Shown: positions 1 through 14,157, counted from the stretch's first letter. The stretch: DNA of 64,000 nucleotides from Bispira polyomma (GCA_965649765.1 OZ287756.1:10478001-10542000), one strand, 5' to 3'. A program made the numbers and translations. The notes: generated from the letters alone by a model not told the origin.

Positions 1-799
1 GAGTCTTTGACTTTGTTCAAAGCGTCCTGGGTGGGATCCTTTCTGAGTAACATGACAATATTGTGTCAATAATTCTGATCAGTTTTCTAAAGCATGGTTC
101 AAATTGAGTACTACAAACGTGATGTCACACAAGGGTCTAGACAGCTTTGCCCCATAAAGTTTCTTACGTGCAGTGAAAATAGCTCCTCTGCTAACATTTT
201 TTAATTGTTTTTACAAAATTTAAACAATAATTTTGATATGTATCATGTTAGAATCACAAAAACCTATTCCAAACGGGATATGGAATCATTTTACAGTTGT
301 AGAAACACTCAGGCTTTATATTCCTGTTCCTGCGACTCTAATGGTGGAACACATACTGTGTATCGTTGGTATGTCATGTGTTATTCCTTAAATATGCTTT
401 TATAACTCTTGTGTACTTCTACACACAAAAGATCTGTCCTTGACAGCCAAGTAGTCACAAGGGAATATCCCTGCTGATATGAGCCCTGGTCACGAATTAT
501 CTAACGTTTATTCGGCTCAAATTCATATTCAAACCAAATCTGGATTAACACATATCTAAAATCTGACTTCATATTTGAATTCAGTGTTGAAAGCTCTATT
601 AAAATGAATGGTCACAAGTACAGGTTATTTTCAAGTACATGGATTTCCACATAGCTTTTACTCGAGTTGAGTATGAGTTTAAGCACACGTTTCTTTCGAG
701 AATACCAGCCCTGGTTGTCCATCAGTTGTCAATCAGATTACCATCTGGTTCGAATAATTGCAGCAACTTCTTCTCTTGATATTATCTGTTTATGTATCA

Positions 800-1130
800 C
801 TTATATGGCCTGGTGGGCAACACACTGGCATAAGGAAGACAAGGGGACCTGGGTTCAATCCCAGTTTGTGGATCCCCCATGCACAGGCAGATACATGATG
901 ATTCAGATGACCAGTTATAATGTCGATGCCTTCAGACATTGGGCCTTACTTGTCCCCAGTAGCAGGATATACCCCAAGAACCTTTGGGACGTGATGGTAG
1001 AATGATATCTTCCACAAGGCCTCTATCATTGGTTCTATATCTCAAAGTAGCAAGGCTGAAATAACCTTGGGAACGTTGATTAAAAAATAGTGTCATCTCC
1101 AAGCTTCTGCCTTCAGTTTAGAGGAAATGG
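800..1130 (+). mobile_element. Degenerate tRNA-derived SINE (family C-like)
   Basis: TGGCCTGGTGG and GGTTCAATCCC boxes; 3' gtcatctccaagcttctgccttcag matches family C. Confidence 0.55.
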
Positions 1131-1454
1131 GAAATACTAGGGATGTTTGGCTGTACTTGGGAAGTCCAGAAGAGGTTAATGAGTGCTTTGAGCACCAGGT
1201 AAAGGTAGATAAGTGAACAGAGTATCAATCATAATATGAATGTTTGAATAGAGGGATTCAACAAGCAGATGTTAAGGTTCAAATAGCCCAATCCTCTATT
1301 GCAACTGCTACTTTTTTTCAATATGCACTCTTCCATTTTGTTCACACACACTTAATCTTGACAATGCTTTGGAACTATTCATCCTGGATATGACTATGAA
1401 TATATAGCTTTGGAATTATAATTTTGTTAAGTTTTACGTTGAATTCAAGAGCTC

Positions 1455-1637
1455 AAGGGCCTGGTGTAATGGTGGAAGAAACTAGTTGAAGAAACTAGTC
1501 CTGAAGCCACTGTAAACCACTGCCCTACAGTAAGTACCTGGCAAACTTTCCCACACGAAGGAACGAATGGGATTTGAAACCCACACGCCAGTGATTGTGA
1601 AGCTAACACTTGTAACAACTAGGCCACTGGGGTCCCT
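1455..1637 (-). mobile_element. Older related SINE, family B
   Basis: Degenerate A/B boxes; ccagtgattgtgaag and aagtacctggcaaactttcccac core shared with the copies at 18555, 49965 and 59185. Confidence 0.7.
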
Positions 1638-2009
1638 TTACAGAGTATTAGGCACTCTGGATGCAAATGCATTACATTACATTTGCTTTAGTTAAAATGT
1701 AGGGGTAAATTGCACATTTTGTTCGTGGGTTGTAAGAATTTTTTTATGCTCAGTTAAATACAAACATATTGCTGTGAAAATATTACTCAGTCTTTATTCT
1801 CCAAAAGAACTCCCCCCCTCCTCCCCCCTATACCTTCTACATCTATTCGTGTTTAGGATCCATGCTGTGATTTTGTTTATTTAGGAGAAAATTTAGATAG
1901 AAGTCTACCTATTGGTATTCATATTAAACACATATATGTACATTCATCTGGTATTTTTAGCACTAATTAACCCTTTACTAACTGTAACAGACAACTGCAT
2001 TAGTTACAT

Positions 2010-2273
2010 TAAATTCCCCTCACTGAAGATAAAGGCTTGAGGATGACGCCATTTATCAACATCCCCAAGGATCTTTAGCATTATCACTGGGGATAGGACC
2101 CAGTGACAGAAGACCGCCATTTTTTGGTGGTCATCCAAGCCACCAGAAAAACTCCTGTACACATCTTGCCCAAAGATGTTACCCCAACAATGAAACTAGC
2201 TGTCAGTACCGGGATTAAAACCTGGGACCTTCTGATCACCAGACCAGCTCTCTAACCACTAGGCCACGGAGGG
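2010..2273 (-). mobile_element. tRNA-derived SINE, family C (Deu/Nin-like gctaaagatcc core)
   Basis: A box (reverse complement of ccactaggccac) and a B-box-like motif; body shared with 4560-4700 (+) and 800-1130 (+); head shared with 21272-21380. Confidence 0.7.
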
Positions 2274-2519
2274 CAAACAACACCTACCACATACTGAGGT
2301 TCAGTGTTCCCACGTGAGGGACTTATCTGCTTATCTGAGGCACTTCCTTGGGTTTGTGGTATTTCTTATAACAAAAGGTTTACAGTTTTGATATTTTGTC
2401 AATTTACAAGTATTGACTTGTTCTAATGTTGATTTCATGTGTTGTTATTTAGCATGTGTATAATGCACTCATTTAATGACGTGAGACATACTTACCACAA
2501 GTAATTTGGGGTTTTGACA

Positions 2520-2652
2520 NNNNNNNNNNNNNNNNNNNNNNNNNNNNNNNNNNNNNNNNNNNNNNNNNNNNNNNNNNNNNNNNNNNNNNNNNNNNNNNNN
2601 NNNNNNNNNNNNNNNNNNNNNNNNNNNNNNNNNNNNNNNNNNNNNNNNNNNN
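2520..2652. other. Assembly gap (N run)
   Basis: Run of n characters. Confidence 0.99.
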
Positions 2653-3153
2653 TTTTAATAGCTTCGTTTTAAGTGTACATATTCTAGTACCACCGGTAAA
2701 GTTGTTAATAATATTACTTCTAACCATATGACACTTAAATGACGTAAATTTGTGTTTACATATTTGTAATACCTATCTTCTATCAATCTCTGCCTTTGGA
2801 TCTGTTCGTACTGTCTCATATGAAGAGTTATTTCTTATGAAAAGCTGACTTTTTTAATATATAATTTTTTTTTTTTTTTTGTGATACAATCCTACCATTA
2901 CAATAAAAGTGGTAGTACACACACCCTGACAGAGAAGTGAACCAGTCAGGTCAATATACCTTTAGTACCATATTAATTACTATACATTTACATATAGTAT
3001 ATTACAGGGACTGTAGCACCTTTAACATAATTATCTACACTGATGTTATACACTGTTGTATTAAATTGGTATATATGAAATTTGTTGTAGCAAGTAGAAT
3101 CATATTCACTCGAAGGACGTGACTGTCTAAACAGAGACGTCCTAGAATAAGAC

Positions 3154-3403
3154 GGGGCCGCGGTGGCCTAGTGGTTAGCAAGCATTGCGCTTCACAATCA
3201 CTAGTCTCTCACCTCTGGGCGGTGTGAGTTCGAATCCCGTCGATGCCTATGTGGGAAAGGTGGTAGTTCCTTACTGTGGGCCGCTGGTTTCTCTGCAGAA
3301 CCTTGACCGACTGTATGCAGTGTTTCCTCCAGCGTTTCCAACTACCCGTCCCAATATAACCTAAACAGGCACTAGAGTGGATGTTAAATATACAAATTCA
3401 AAT
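3154..3403 (+). mobile_element. tRNA-derived SINE, family A (MetaSINE-like body)
   Basis: A box TGGCCTAGTGG, B box GTTCGAATCCC, (CAAATT)n tail; nearly identical to the copies at 4764 and 6761. Confidence 0.9.
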
Positions 3404-4559
3404 ACTAAAATACAGACTGGCTCACAAGTCTTTTGACATGAAGTCATTATGATTTCACAATGTGAATTGGGCAAGTCTTCTGTGTGGAAATACAAACTTT
3501 TCTCAGCACCAGTATCTATTTCCAAAGTCATACTGCCCTCATATAATGCTTAAGAGAAAAGGACTTGAAGAAAGTCTACCTAAAATAAGACATTACTGAA
3601 TTCTCTTCACCTACAAAACACCCCCCCCCCCCCCCCCCATAGAAGTTCTATTAAGATGGTACAATTTTTCTCTGTGGCAAAATATGGATAAAGTACTACA
3701 TACACGTATGTGGGAAAAAAAATAAGGAACAAACGACAAAAAAAAATCAAAACACACACTGTTCAAATTTAAGAGACCGATAAATCTACCCTTGACGGTC
3801 AAACCATCTGGAATAATTACACTAGTTTTACCCTGTTTAAAAAAATGATTTGTCCTGTTAGAGGATCCTGTTTGAGAGTTTATTTGAAGCCCCTTCTATA
3901 AATGTAGCTCTACTTTCATTAGACCAATTAGGTAAGAAAGCAGCATTTCTATGTGGTTTCTTTATCTTATTACTCTGGCCTAGTTACTAGAAGGACAACT
4001 TAGCCCAACTCAGGATTTGCCCAATCTTAAGATGGGCTATATAGGCCTACTTAAAAATCCCAAGTTTGGCAACCTATCTTTTAAGATTGCATGGCGAGCA
4101 AAACTAACCTTTTTTTCATGATTTCTATTTTATAAAATGCTAGCCCATTATAAGATTGGTCAGTCTAACTCAAGGTTTTAAATGTTTAAATTGTTTTGAA
4201 AAATTAATAATTTTACATCATTTAATATATATTTTTTATTTTCTTTGTTTTTTTTAATTTATTTAAAGGCTAAAATCATGTAAATTTTATATCAATAATT
4301 TGAACTTCAATGACAATAAACAACTATGCATAACTGTGTAAGTATTACAGAAGGACTTGATGACTACAGATAAAGTTGTACCACTTAAATGGACCTGACA
4401 AATATCTTACTTAATAAATCTAACTTGTACACCCGGATTATAATTTATATAATTTAAAATTGGCTGCTTATATACATACCCTGAAATAGATGGTTTATTT
4501 TGTGAATATCCAAGTAACATTGTAAGTACAGGTACATATGTATGGTCACTCTGTGTGTA

Positions 4560-4700
4560 CACGTTTGCCTAGTGGCTCGGATGACCTCTTAATGGTAGGT
4601 CTCCTGTTACTGAGTCCTATATCCAGTGACAGGCTAAAGATCCCTGGGGATGTTGATGAATTGTCATTCTCAAGCCTCTCTCTTCAGTTAGGGGAAGGGC
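4560..4700 (+). mobile_element. SINE family C, 3' fragment
   Basis: ggctaaagatccctggggatgttgatgaattgtcattctcaagcc matches the reverse complement of 2030-2080. Confidence 0.65.
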
Positions 4701-4763
4701 AGTTTCCTTAGGAAAGGGTTACTAGCATTCTGAATTTCTAATGAAGTTACACATATACACTGA

Positions 4764-5023
4764 TTATTTGCATTTGAATTTGGATATTTAACGTCCACTC
4801 TAGTACCTTTTAGTAGGTTATATTGGGACGGGTAGTTGGAAACGCTGGAGGAAACACTGCATACAGTCGGTCAAGGTTCTGCACTGAAACCAGCGGCCCA
4901 CAGTAAGGAACTACCACCTTTCCCACATAGGCATCGAAGGGATTCGAACTCACGCCGCCCAGAGGTGAGAGACTAGTGATTGTGAAGCTCAATGCTTGCT
5001 AACCACTAGGCCACCGCGGCCCC
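4764..5023 (-). mobile_element. tRNA-derived SINE, family A
   Basis: Full-length copy with TSD ATATACACTGA (4753-4763 / 5024-5034). Confidence 0.92.
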
Positions 5024-5498
5024 ATATACACTGAGTATAAATATGAATACATATATTCTGGGTAATTGTTATTGACATTCTCTATATTTGAACCAATAAG
5101 ACTGTCAATGTGCAGCAGCCAGGCTATTTATTGTCTATCTTACCAGTCGATATAAAGTTTATATACCCTCAACATATATCACAAGCAAGCCAAGGATGTG
5201 CAAGATAAACACACCTAGAGATTATTATCTGTAGGTAGTGGTGCATCATGTGTCACGCTCAGCAGGAGTTTAATTCCACTGAGATAAGGCCAGAGTTGAG
5301 CATTCCTTTTACTGGACAGTAAAGTGTAACAGTGATCAGAGGAAATTGTCTCTCCATCTCTGACTTTTTGCCTAAAACACTAGCAGGTTGAAAATCATCT
5401 AAAGTTGCAGCACCTGCTGAATGGAATAGTGTCACTGTCAGTCTTTGAACGGAGACATGGGAACTTCAGATTTATGTTAGCGAAGTCTGTATACAATT

Positions 5499-5705
5499 AT
5501 AGTGCACCCTTATGTTAACTGAGTGTGAATAAAATCATAGTGTACACTTATGTTAACTGAGTGTGTATAAAATCATAGCGTACACTTATGTTAACTGAGT
5601 GTGTATAAAATCATAGCGTACACTTATGTTAACTGAGTGTGTATAAAATCATAGTGCACCCTTATGTTACTGAGTGTGTATAAAATCATAGTGTGCACTT
5701 ATGTT
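5499..5705. repeat. 38-bp minisatellite, about 5.5 copies
   Basis: Unit atagtgcacccttatgttaactgagtgtgtataaaatc starting at 5499, 5537, 5575, 5613, 5651 and 5688. Confidence 0.92.
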
Positions 5706-6260
5706 GTTCCGACTGAGATAAAAATTGCGTAAAATGGCCTTAAATTATGCACTTTGGCGGGAGTTAATATTTGGTGATCTAAAATCATTATTATTTGAAA
5801 GATTTTCACAAGTTATTATTAATAAAAATTAAAAGGTAATTTTAAGACATTAACGGGAGCTATATGCAGGTATAGCTAGGTGGGTGAAGATATAGTTTTA
5901 AAGAGAGCTTTTGGGAATTTTACTACTTTTATTTTGTGGTTTTAAACTTAATGTAACAGCAACATATTCATATTTTCATAAGTCCAACTAATAATTAAGC
6001 AATGACTTGTATTTTAATGGGGTATTCATTTATATCAAGTGTCATATTCTTCACATATACATATAATTTTTAAGCCAATTTTTAAATTACCTACAAAGCC
6101 TTCACTTTGTTATATACTGTTGCATACATTTATGTAATCTGTATATTCTGGCGTTTTTAAGAGTGTTTAACTTGTGAAAATCGGTTTAGAAGTAAAGATT
6201 TAACAGTGAAATGAAATTCCTGAATGACTTAGTCGAAATTAGTTTTTTAGGTGATTCGCG

Positions 6261-6372
6261 TTAACACATAATATTGTGGTTTAATTATTAGGGAGTACCG
6301 AATAAAATTTTGCTTAACGCATAATATTGTGGTTTAATTATTAGGGAGTACCGAATAAAATTTTGTTTAACA
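6261..6372. repeat. 54-bp tandem duplication
   Basis: ttaacacataatattgtggtttaattattagggagtaccgaataaaattttg present twice. Confidence 0.85.
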
Positions 6373-6760
6373 ACAAAAATCTATGTTACTAATAAAACAA
6401 ACAGAATAAACGTATATTTAAATAAATTTATTTTTTTTTTTTTAGTTTTTTTTCTTTCTTTTCATTAAATTGGTATGCCTGGGCGAACTGGCGTCAATGG
6501 TAGCTACGCCCCTGACAATAAAGTATTGAAATTCTGCTACGGGTTCAATAGAAATAGAATATGATAACACATGATATGTCATTTAACCAGAATCATATAA
6601 TATACACTGTCTACCATATAATATGTATGTTCGTTTAGTTCAAATAAGGAGTCAATTATGTAGATATAGAATTCTATATCTCCATGGTTTGCTTTTTAAG
6701 AATTGTCCTTCTAAATTATATTAGAGGATGTTATGTGTCACCAGGTGTTCTTTTAACACG

Positions 6761-7019
6761 AATTTGAATTTGAATTTGGATATTTAACGTCTACTCTAGT
6801 ACCTTTTAGTAGGTTATATTGGGACGGGTAGTTGGAAACGCTGGAGGAAACACTGCATACAGTCGGTCAAGGTTCTGCAGAGAAACCAGCGGCCCACAGT
6901 AAGGAACTACCACCTTTCCCACATAGGCATCGACGGGATTCGAACTCACGCCGCCCAGAGGTGAGAGACCAGTGATTGTGAAGCGCAGTGCTTGCTAACC
7001 ACTAGGCCACCGCGGCCCC
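6761..7019 (-). mobile_element. tRNA-derived SINE, family A
   Basis: Full-length copy with TSD TTTTAACACG (6751-6760 / 7021-7030). Confidence 0.92.
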
Positions 7020-7255
7020 TTTTTAACACGCAAGTACATCCATAATTTATACCCCTTTATTAAAATATACTGACATATTAATTAACCTTGCATTCTATAG
7101 TATACTTCTTGTCATCCTTCATATATTATAGCTTCCTCTTAAATTGGACTACCTAGTAATTGACAACGAATTATGATTGTAGCTACATATATTTTCGTAC
7201 ATATGTCCCTGGTGCAGGTGGCATGATTAAAACAGAACGTTTAGCAATATGTTGC

Positions 7256-8328
7256 ACGGAGGCTCTAAGGTGCCATTTCATTTTTAAATCTGGTATACTT
7301 CTACAAGTTAGTAACTGGTATCTACAAGTTAGTAAATAACAAAAATAAATAATAAATAAATAAAAAGTTACTAACTAGTATGTACATGTTAGTAACACAA
7401 AGAAGTGAAATATTTTTTTCACTCACTTTCCAAAGTAAGTACATTTTTTCAAAAAAAAAATCCTAAGAAGTGGTATTCACAAACAAGTGAGCAATTCTAC
7501 TTACTGAAGTTTTACATAGAATCCAAGTTAGGAAAGAAATCTAAGATACCTCATCTGCTTACTTGAAATCTAAGTAAGTTTTCTCTTCAAAGTAAGTAAG
7601 TTTCCTTTAATAAATACCACTTGGATATAAGTTAGTAATAATAACCACAATACTTGAAATCTAAGTTAGGAATGGGATTTTACTTGTTCGTGAATACGGC
7701 CCCTGGTATCTACAAGTTATACCCCCGTTCCATTATGCTGATCATACCCCCCCCCCCCCCCCCCCCGACCTTAACGAATATAAGTTCGGGGGCCATTATC
7801 GTGGACAATTCGCCCCACTAATGACTTATTCCTTGATAAAAAAGACTTATCTTTTCCAATCGGGGAAGTTGCAGAGGTTTTCAAACATGTGAGATAACCT
7901 CTGCAAGTGAGTGTTTATCGGCCGATCAGTGTTATCTTTTCCTTGTAACAACTTATCTTTTTCAGTTAAGACTTATCTTTTTCTTTCAACGACTTATCTT
8001 TCCATTCCAAAGACATATCTTTTGGGCCCTCCAGACTTATCATTTCAATCTTTATATAAAAATTTTCCTGCCCTCTTTTTAAAAAATCGTAAGGAAATGC
8101 CAAGGATTGTCGAGGATAATAAAACCGGCGCCCGTCCCAATTAGAGTCTTGATATTGGAACAGCCCAATTAAAGTGAATAAACAAAAAAAAAAAAAAAAA
8201 AAAATACTAAAAAAAGTTTATTCCAGTTACAAGCCTTATTTTAAATATTATTATTTAATTTTTTAGTTGCTAACTTTTACATACCAGTTATTATATCAAA
8301 AAAGAAATGGCAGCTCAGAGCTTCCGTA
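7256..8328. mobile_element. Non-autonomous TIR element with nested insertions
   Basis: Left acggaggctctaaggtgccatttc vs right gaaatggcagctcagagcttccgt. Contains a gtattcacaaacaagt...acttgttcgtgaatacggcccctg MITE (about 7470-7705) and a gacttatct-repeat element (about 7720-8170). Confidence 0.65.
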
Positions 8329-10020
8329 ATATTGTACCACTTGGCATACAATATGATTTTTTTCAGCCCAAAATGTTTATCTCTGATAGTTAATGAAACA
8401 GCGTGTGGCGAATATTGTGTGGAGCATATTTTCTATGGAATACGACTAGGTTCGGTTTCGATTCTGGCGTGATGTGTGTTACCACATATTTGCCACCTAT
8501 AGTGGTGGCGTGCACTGCTGATAATTATCTGTCTGGACTATTCATTTGGCGACAGACGCTGATGGAGCAAGATATATAATACATGTAAAGGACATTTTCA
8601 ACGTTGGTAAGCATAGCTATAGATTACATTGTTAAATTAATTTCATAATATAGAAGGTGGTTGATTTATTTCATATCAAATAGCTGGTAACAAGATATAC
8701 AGCATGAATATAAGTGTTCACCGCCGTTTCGACACCCTCACCGTTTCGAATCGGCTAGGGGGCGGACAGGGGGCGGACAGTTTTGTATTGGTGTCTAGTT
8801 GGTGTAGCCGTTTTTGACACATACAGGAATAAATGGTTAAGATTTAGTTCATAAAATCATTATTTCTTGCTTGATTTTAACAAATAAGTTATTATTTTAA
8901 ACCTTACTACGAAGGATTTCAAGTGGTTATTAAGTGAATGGCTGTTAAACTGATGTTTAATAACCAACTGGAATATTTATATTTAAATTTCCTTGAATTA
9001 AATTTAATATTGATTTACAGTGTGCTTGTTTGGTAAATCAGCTGTAATTATGTATAATATTTAAATTCCCTAAAATTACTAAAAACTGTATAATATAGTA
9101 TAACATGGTGTTGCATATATATATAGGTCTGTTTTTAATTGATGGAATTGTATATGGTTTGATATGGAAGGGGATTTAGTTAAAATACTGAAATTAAGTG
9201 TAATATATGTTATTAAATATTATGTATGTTTTTAAACTCAATGAAATTATATAAAGTAGTTTGGGTGTAATCGGGTAGAATGTCAATGATTTTGTTTTAT
9301 GTTCAGACAGAAAGGATTGTTTTTATAGGGCCACCTGCAGTCCAATGTTCTATATACAACTTAACAGAGCATATACAAGGCAACCAGCCCAGCATACATG
9401 GGCTTATAAGGTACTTTTTTACTTGTAGTACATAAGATACAACTAATATATATATAGTATAAACAACAGTAAAAACAAATGTGGTACATATGGATATATA
9501 CAAACAATACATAGATTTGTGAACGTGGCTATGTTGATCCGAGTTCCATTCACGTTTTGAAAAAAATAAATATATATATAGTATAAGACAACATGTGGTA
9601 CTTAAGGATATAGCGTATATAATATATCTGTATAAAAATGAACCATTATGCGAAATGACTGGAAATTTGAGTCATTACGCGTAATGACTGAAAGTTTTAG
9701 TCATTACGTGTACTGACTGGTTTCACAGATTAACTGTAACATATATACAATACTCCAATGCTATTTAAATATTGGATATTTATGTTTACACGTACTGCCT
9801 CGCTAGATATTTTTGTCAAGTAGGTATTTTTGTCTTTACTTTTAAATTGAATCAACTTTTACTTCTTGGTCTACAATTATAGTCACAGTAAGAATGATGA
9901 CCCCCATTTTTTTCAAGCCTCAAATTTCATAATTCCATCATTCCATGATGGTATTGATTGTTTGTCAATGGCGGATCAAAGTAGATCACTACTGCCTTGC
10001 GAGTCCTTATCGGGAAATGG

Positions 10021-10498
10021 GGTTACTACTAAAACTCGGACTGGACTGTCCAACTTGGACTTCCTCGGACTAATGTGGCGTAAAGTCGCGTAATTTTAAT
10101 ATTGGGGTGGTTGGGGTCTTAAGGAGTAGGATGGAGTAATTAGGTGGTGTCATTAGTTGGACTGTTGAACTAATTGGCATTGGTCGGATTAACAATATAT
10201 CTGCAATTAAATTTTTGCCTTTTAAACTTTAAGGGAATGGTATATATTTTAGGAGACCTATTTTTTTGGGCTGGGCTGTGTCTGTATATATTGTCAACTA
10301 GCACTTGATTTTAATGCTTTACTCACTAGAAACATAAGAAATGCTTTAATACTAATTAAAGATACATGTATATTGTCCCCAAATGAACTACGCCACTTAA
10401 GTGTCTCTCACTTGCACATTTTACGCCACTTTAAAAATATACTGTTCCACTTTTACGCCAGTTGGACTCTAGGACTAGTTGAAGCTTTAGTAGTAACC
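10021..10498. mobile_element. MITE with GGTTACTACTAAA terminal inverted repeats
   Basis: ggttactactaaa ... tttagtagtaacc; internal tggcgtaaa/tttacgcca inverted motifs; no clear TSD. Confidence 0.7.
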
Positions 10499-12844
10499 TC
10501 ATTATTAGCAAGAAGACAATATCGGCATCACAGAACTTAACTTCGAGTGTTGAGGTCATGTTTTCAACCAAAGACTGAAAAAAATTGACAAACCAAAAAC
10601 CCTGAAGTGTTTCACGTGCATGACGGGCGATATAATAACAATATTTTACACTGACGCAACTGTTTAGGGAAAATAAACTGATTTTAAAAAACGGTGTGCA
10701 TATGTGTAAGATATTTATTAAAGCAAATGTGGATACATATAACTTGATATATGATTACATTTCATCAAGTTAAACAATTGATGGCGGTTCCAGCTGAGTC
10801 AAAGGTCAGAAACACCCTAATTTTCTTATATGGCATATTGGTATTTGCCATTGCTCTCTATGATGACAGATGGCATATATTGCATAAGATTTTTTTCATT
10901 ATCACCCATATACAAGTGGCTTGTCATTTCCGTTGATAATGTTGTTGATATTGTGTTCAAACGTAAAAAGTGACTGATGAATAAATAGTTTACTGTAAAA
11001 TATTGTCTTTTTACAAGAAAATAACGTGAAACAAATACTACAATATTAAATCTTCAAGTCTTAGTTCATTAACTCGCACAATTTAATCAATTTTCTAATG
11101 CTTCATTTTAAAAAGAGAAACAATTTTACCGCAAATCTTAAAGCCAATAAGGGTCTTCACTACCAGAATATATTTTGAACATAAATGTTAAAATTTGGTG
11201 TGTTAAACACACGTTTGCTGTCACTCCAAAAGTGATTTTAAAAAAGGGTGAATTGAAAACTGTAAAGCTGGGTCAATTAATGGAAAATTTTAAAATTATT
11301 ACAGCCACGGAAAGGCTACCACCGTAAGTTTATAATTAGATGTTTACACCATCCTTATATTTCTTACGCAACACATTGCAGTACTAGCTATAATGCGGGT
11401 TGTTCTGTTGTCGAGACATTGTAAGCTTTGATTATTATTGATTCACAAAGTGGAGCCAAAAAAAATAGACAAAAGACCATGTTTTTTCCTGCGTTTGTCT
11501 TCTGGCTGGCTATTCTTTAGTATATTTGCACTCCTATAAAAGGGATTTAGTACAGTAAGGAATCTTAAACTTGGTTTAATCCGTCAAAAACCGGTTTAAC
11601 CCATCAAAAACTGTCAATAACTTTAGGATGGTAAAAAAAGTCAGAAACAGTGGACATACATGTATTTTCTGTTCTATTTGTGTGTATACAGGGATAGAGC
11701 AACACATTAATTTGTAAAAAAAGCATTAAAATATTTCAACATTATTAAAACTCGTGGAGATTTAAAATATTTGTACTGATATTTTTGTCAATAAGAGTAA
11801 AAAAAACTGCAAAATGTCTTTTGATATAACTGGAGCAAATCAGTCTAAATACTCAGTGGCTAAAATATTAAATATGTGTTTAAAAAAAATTCTAGTTCAC
11901 ATGCACCTCTTAGCATTCGGTAACACTAATTTTGATAAGAAAACTTTATTCTCGGGGGATTTTATAAAAGTGACAGTTATGGTTAGCACATAAACATGGC
12001 CCAAGTAATCATAATCAGTTACACAAGGTCTCAAACTAATTGTTTCTATAGGCAGAGGGGATTAGGAATACATTGTTCAGGCCTATCACTTAAAACATAA
12101 GTAGCAAGAGTTAAAATGTCTCACAGTTGATGTATGTTGACTTATTTATGATACAAAAAATTATTCAGTTCTGAGAAATGAAAATATATAGCCAGAAATT
12201 ACTTGAAACAGAACCACTTGACAGTTTACAGTATTTGCAATATATTTCTGATTACATTTGGATTTTATGTTAGAAAGTAAAGTTTTGCAGTTATTCAGGA
12301 AATTTGGACATTTCTTGTTGGGGGTAGGGGTTTTTGACGTTATGGAAACTTTGGCGTCAAAAAAATGACAGTTTAAACCGGATAAAACCATAGCTTTTAA
12401 TCGTAGTCGTCAAAAACCTGGCAACATTCGCCACCCTTAAAATTTAAGCCAAAGCAATAAAAACTGAAAACAAAAGTAACTGGTATTTAGGTAAGTAAGG
12501 CCAAATAGTCACAGAATATCTTAGTTTTAGCAAATATTACCCACAATTCTACCAAAAACACAACATTTTGTAGTTGTCGAATTTAAGATACAGTGACAAA
12601 TTTTAGATTCCTTATTCTATATAGTATATATAATTGTTAATGTGGATTTTTTAAAAAACTTCACGAAAAACTCTGTGACGTACAAAACAATAGACACAAT
12701 ATTGTTTACATTTGAACACTAGTAGTAAAATAAATCAATATACTAGAAAATTTGGATGTAGTGTATCTTCAAATTCGGATGACAGAAATTGACGTCCAAT
12801 GACCGATTCGGAAGCAAATTTCGGACAGGTGTATTCACCCCTTA

Positions 12845-13218
12845 ATCCTACACTTGAAATTTATTTTCATAGAGATTTTAGTGCTGAATTCAAATATGAA
12901 GTCAGATTTTACTGAACTTCACTCTGGCGAGAGATATGGGGACTTCAGGTTTGAGCTTGAGTATGAGTTGGGCTGTGAAAAATTATTATGTTATTTTTAC
13001 TCAACGTAAACCCTATACTCCATACTCAAATCTGGATTACAACTTCTGGAATCCAAAGATAAAACATTATATAATATCTCAAAATATAACTGCATAGTTG
13101 AATTCAGTGGTGAAAGCTCTATTAAAATGAATGGTCACAAGTGCAGGTTTTATTTCCATGTAGTACAAGGAGGATTTTCACATGGCCTATATATTTGAGT
13201 TGAGTCCAGGGTTCACGT
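12845..13218. mobile_element. Dispersed MITE-like repeat (two opposed fragments)
   Basis: tgaattcagtg..gaaagctctattaaaatgaatggtcacaagt is also found at about 530-690 and 20670-20760; related sequence at 55455-55660. Confidence 0.6.
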
Positions 13219-13363
13219 ATATGTATATCATGCACAAAAGATATACGAGAAAAAGAAATATCTGACTACATATTTGATTTGCTCTCTGAAATATTAGTTA
13301 TTCCCATTGTTATGCAGAAATATATGTAATCTGGTCTAATAGGCACAATAAATATAAGTGTAA

Positions 13364-14056
13364 TGGTCCATTCACACTGCACCGAATTCAGATTAATCAA
13401 GGAATTCGGCAAAAAAAAAAATCCCGAATTTTATACACTTGCAGTACATACGCACAGCCAAAATAGTCATCCCAATGCTGCGCACAAGTGTCACTTTTTC
13501 TGATGTTTTAGATAAGGATGCAACTGAGGGCTCGACACTCGCTGTATAAACCCATTTTTGCAAGGAATCGAGTCCATTTTCCCCACTCGACTACTTGCTG
13601 TTATAGCAGATTATCGCTCAAACAATATAAAAGATACATAAAATATTAACATTTGCACATTTCAGCCTGGTTACATCAAATAATTTTTTAGATTTGGTCA
13701 AATAACCTACGTTTCATTCCATATTCTTAAATATGTTTTAAAATATCGATTTTTTTCACAAAAACAGCACTACGGGGAACGGCCGTATTTGTTTCTGGTG
13801 TTTCCAATTGGTAAATACTAAACCTCGCAAGTACCGAATTTGAGTCGGGTATCCAAATACGAGCACTTGAACCAATTGTTTTGCACACGTCCCACCCCTA
13901 GTTTTGGATGGTGTTTTATTTCCACATATTTTTATTTATCTTCCTAAACAATTCGTGTGAGAATTAGAAAAAAAGATTTGTGCAACTTTTGATCCCCACC
14001 AAATTTTTATATGAATATGTCCATATATCCGCATTCGGTGCGTTGTGAATAGACCA
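13364..14056. mobile_element. PIF/Harbinger-type MITE
   Basis: About 30-bp TIRs (tggtccattcacactgcaccgaat / attcggtgcgttgtgaatagacca) flanked by a TAA TSD on both sides. Confidence 0.82.
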
Positions 14057-14157
14057 TAAGGCCTTTAATAAATATGCATTGTACCTAAGGAATATGCCAA
14101 CAGTATTATAGTTATAGTTTTGCATGCACGTTTTTAAGTCAGCAGAGGAAGTTGCTT

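Noticed and set aside
3154-3245. Functional tRNA gene (likewise at about 5000, 7000 and 21300)
   Set aside because: The A/B boxes continue into a SINE body with tail and TSD, and no proper cloverleaf forms.
8720-12440. Further TIR elements (8720 ccgtttcga repeats, 9640-9720 gtcattacgcg repeats, 11560-12440 hAT-like end)
   Set aside because: They look like TE remnants, but I could not pair their termini or find TSDs.
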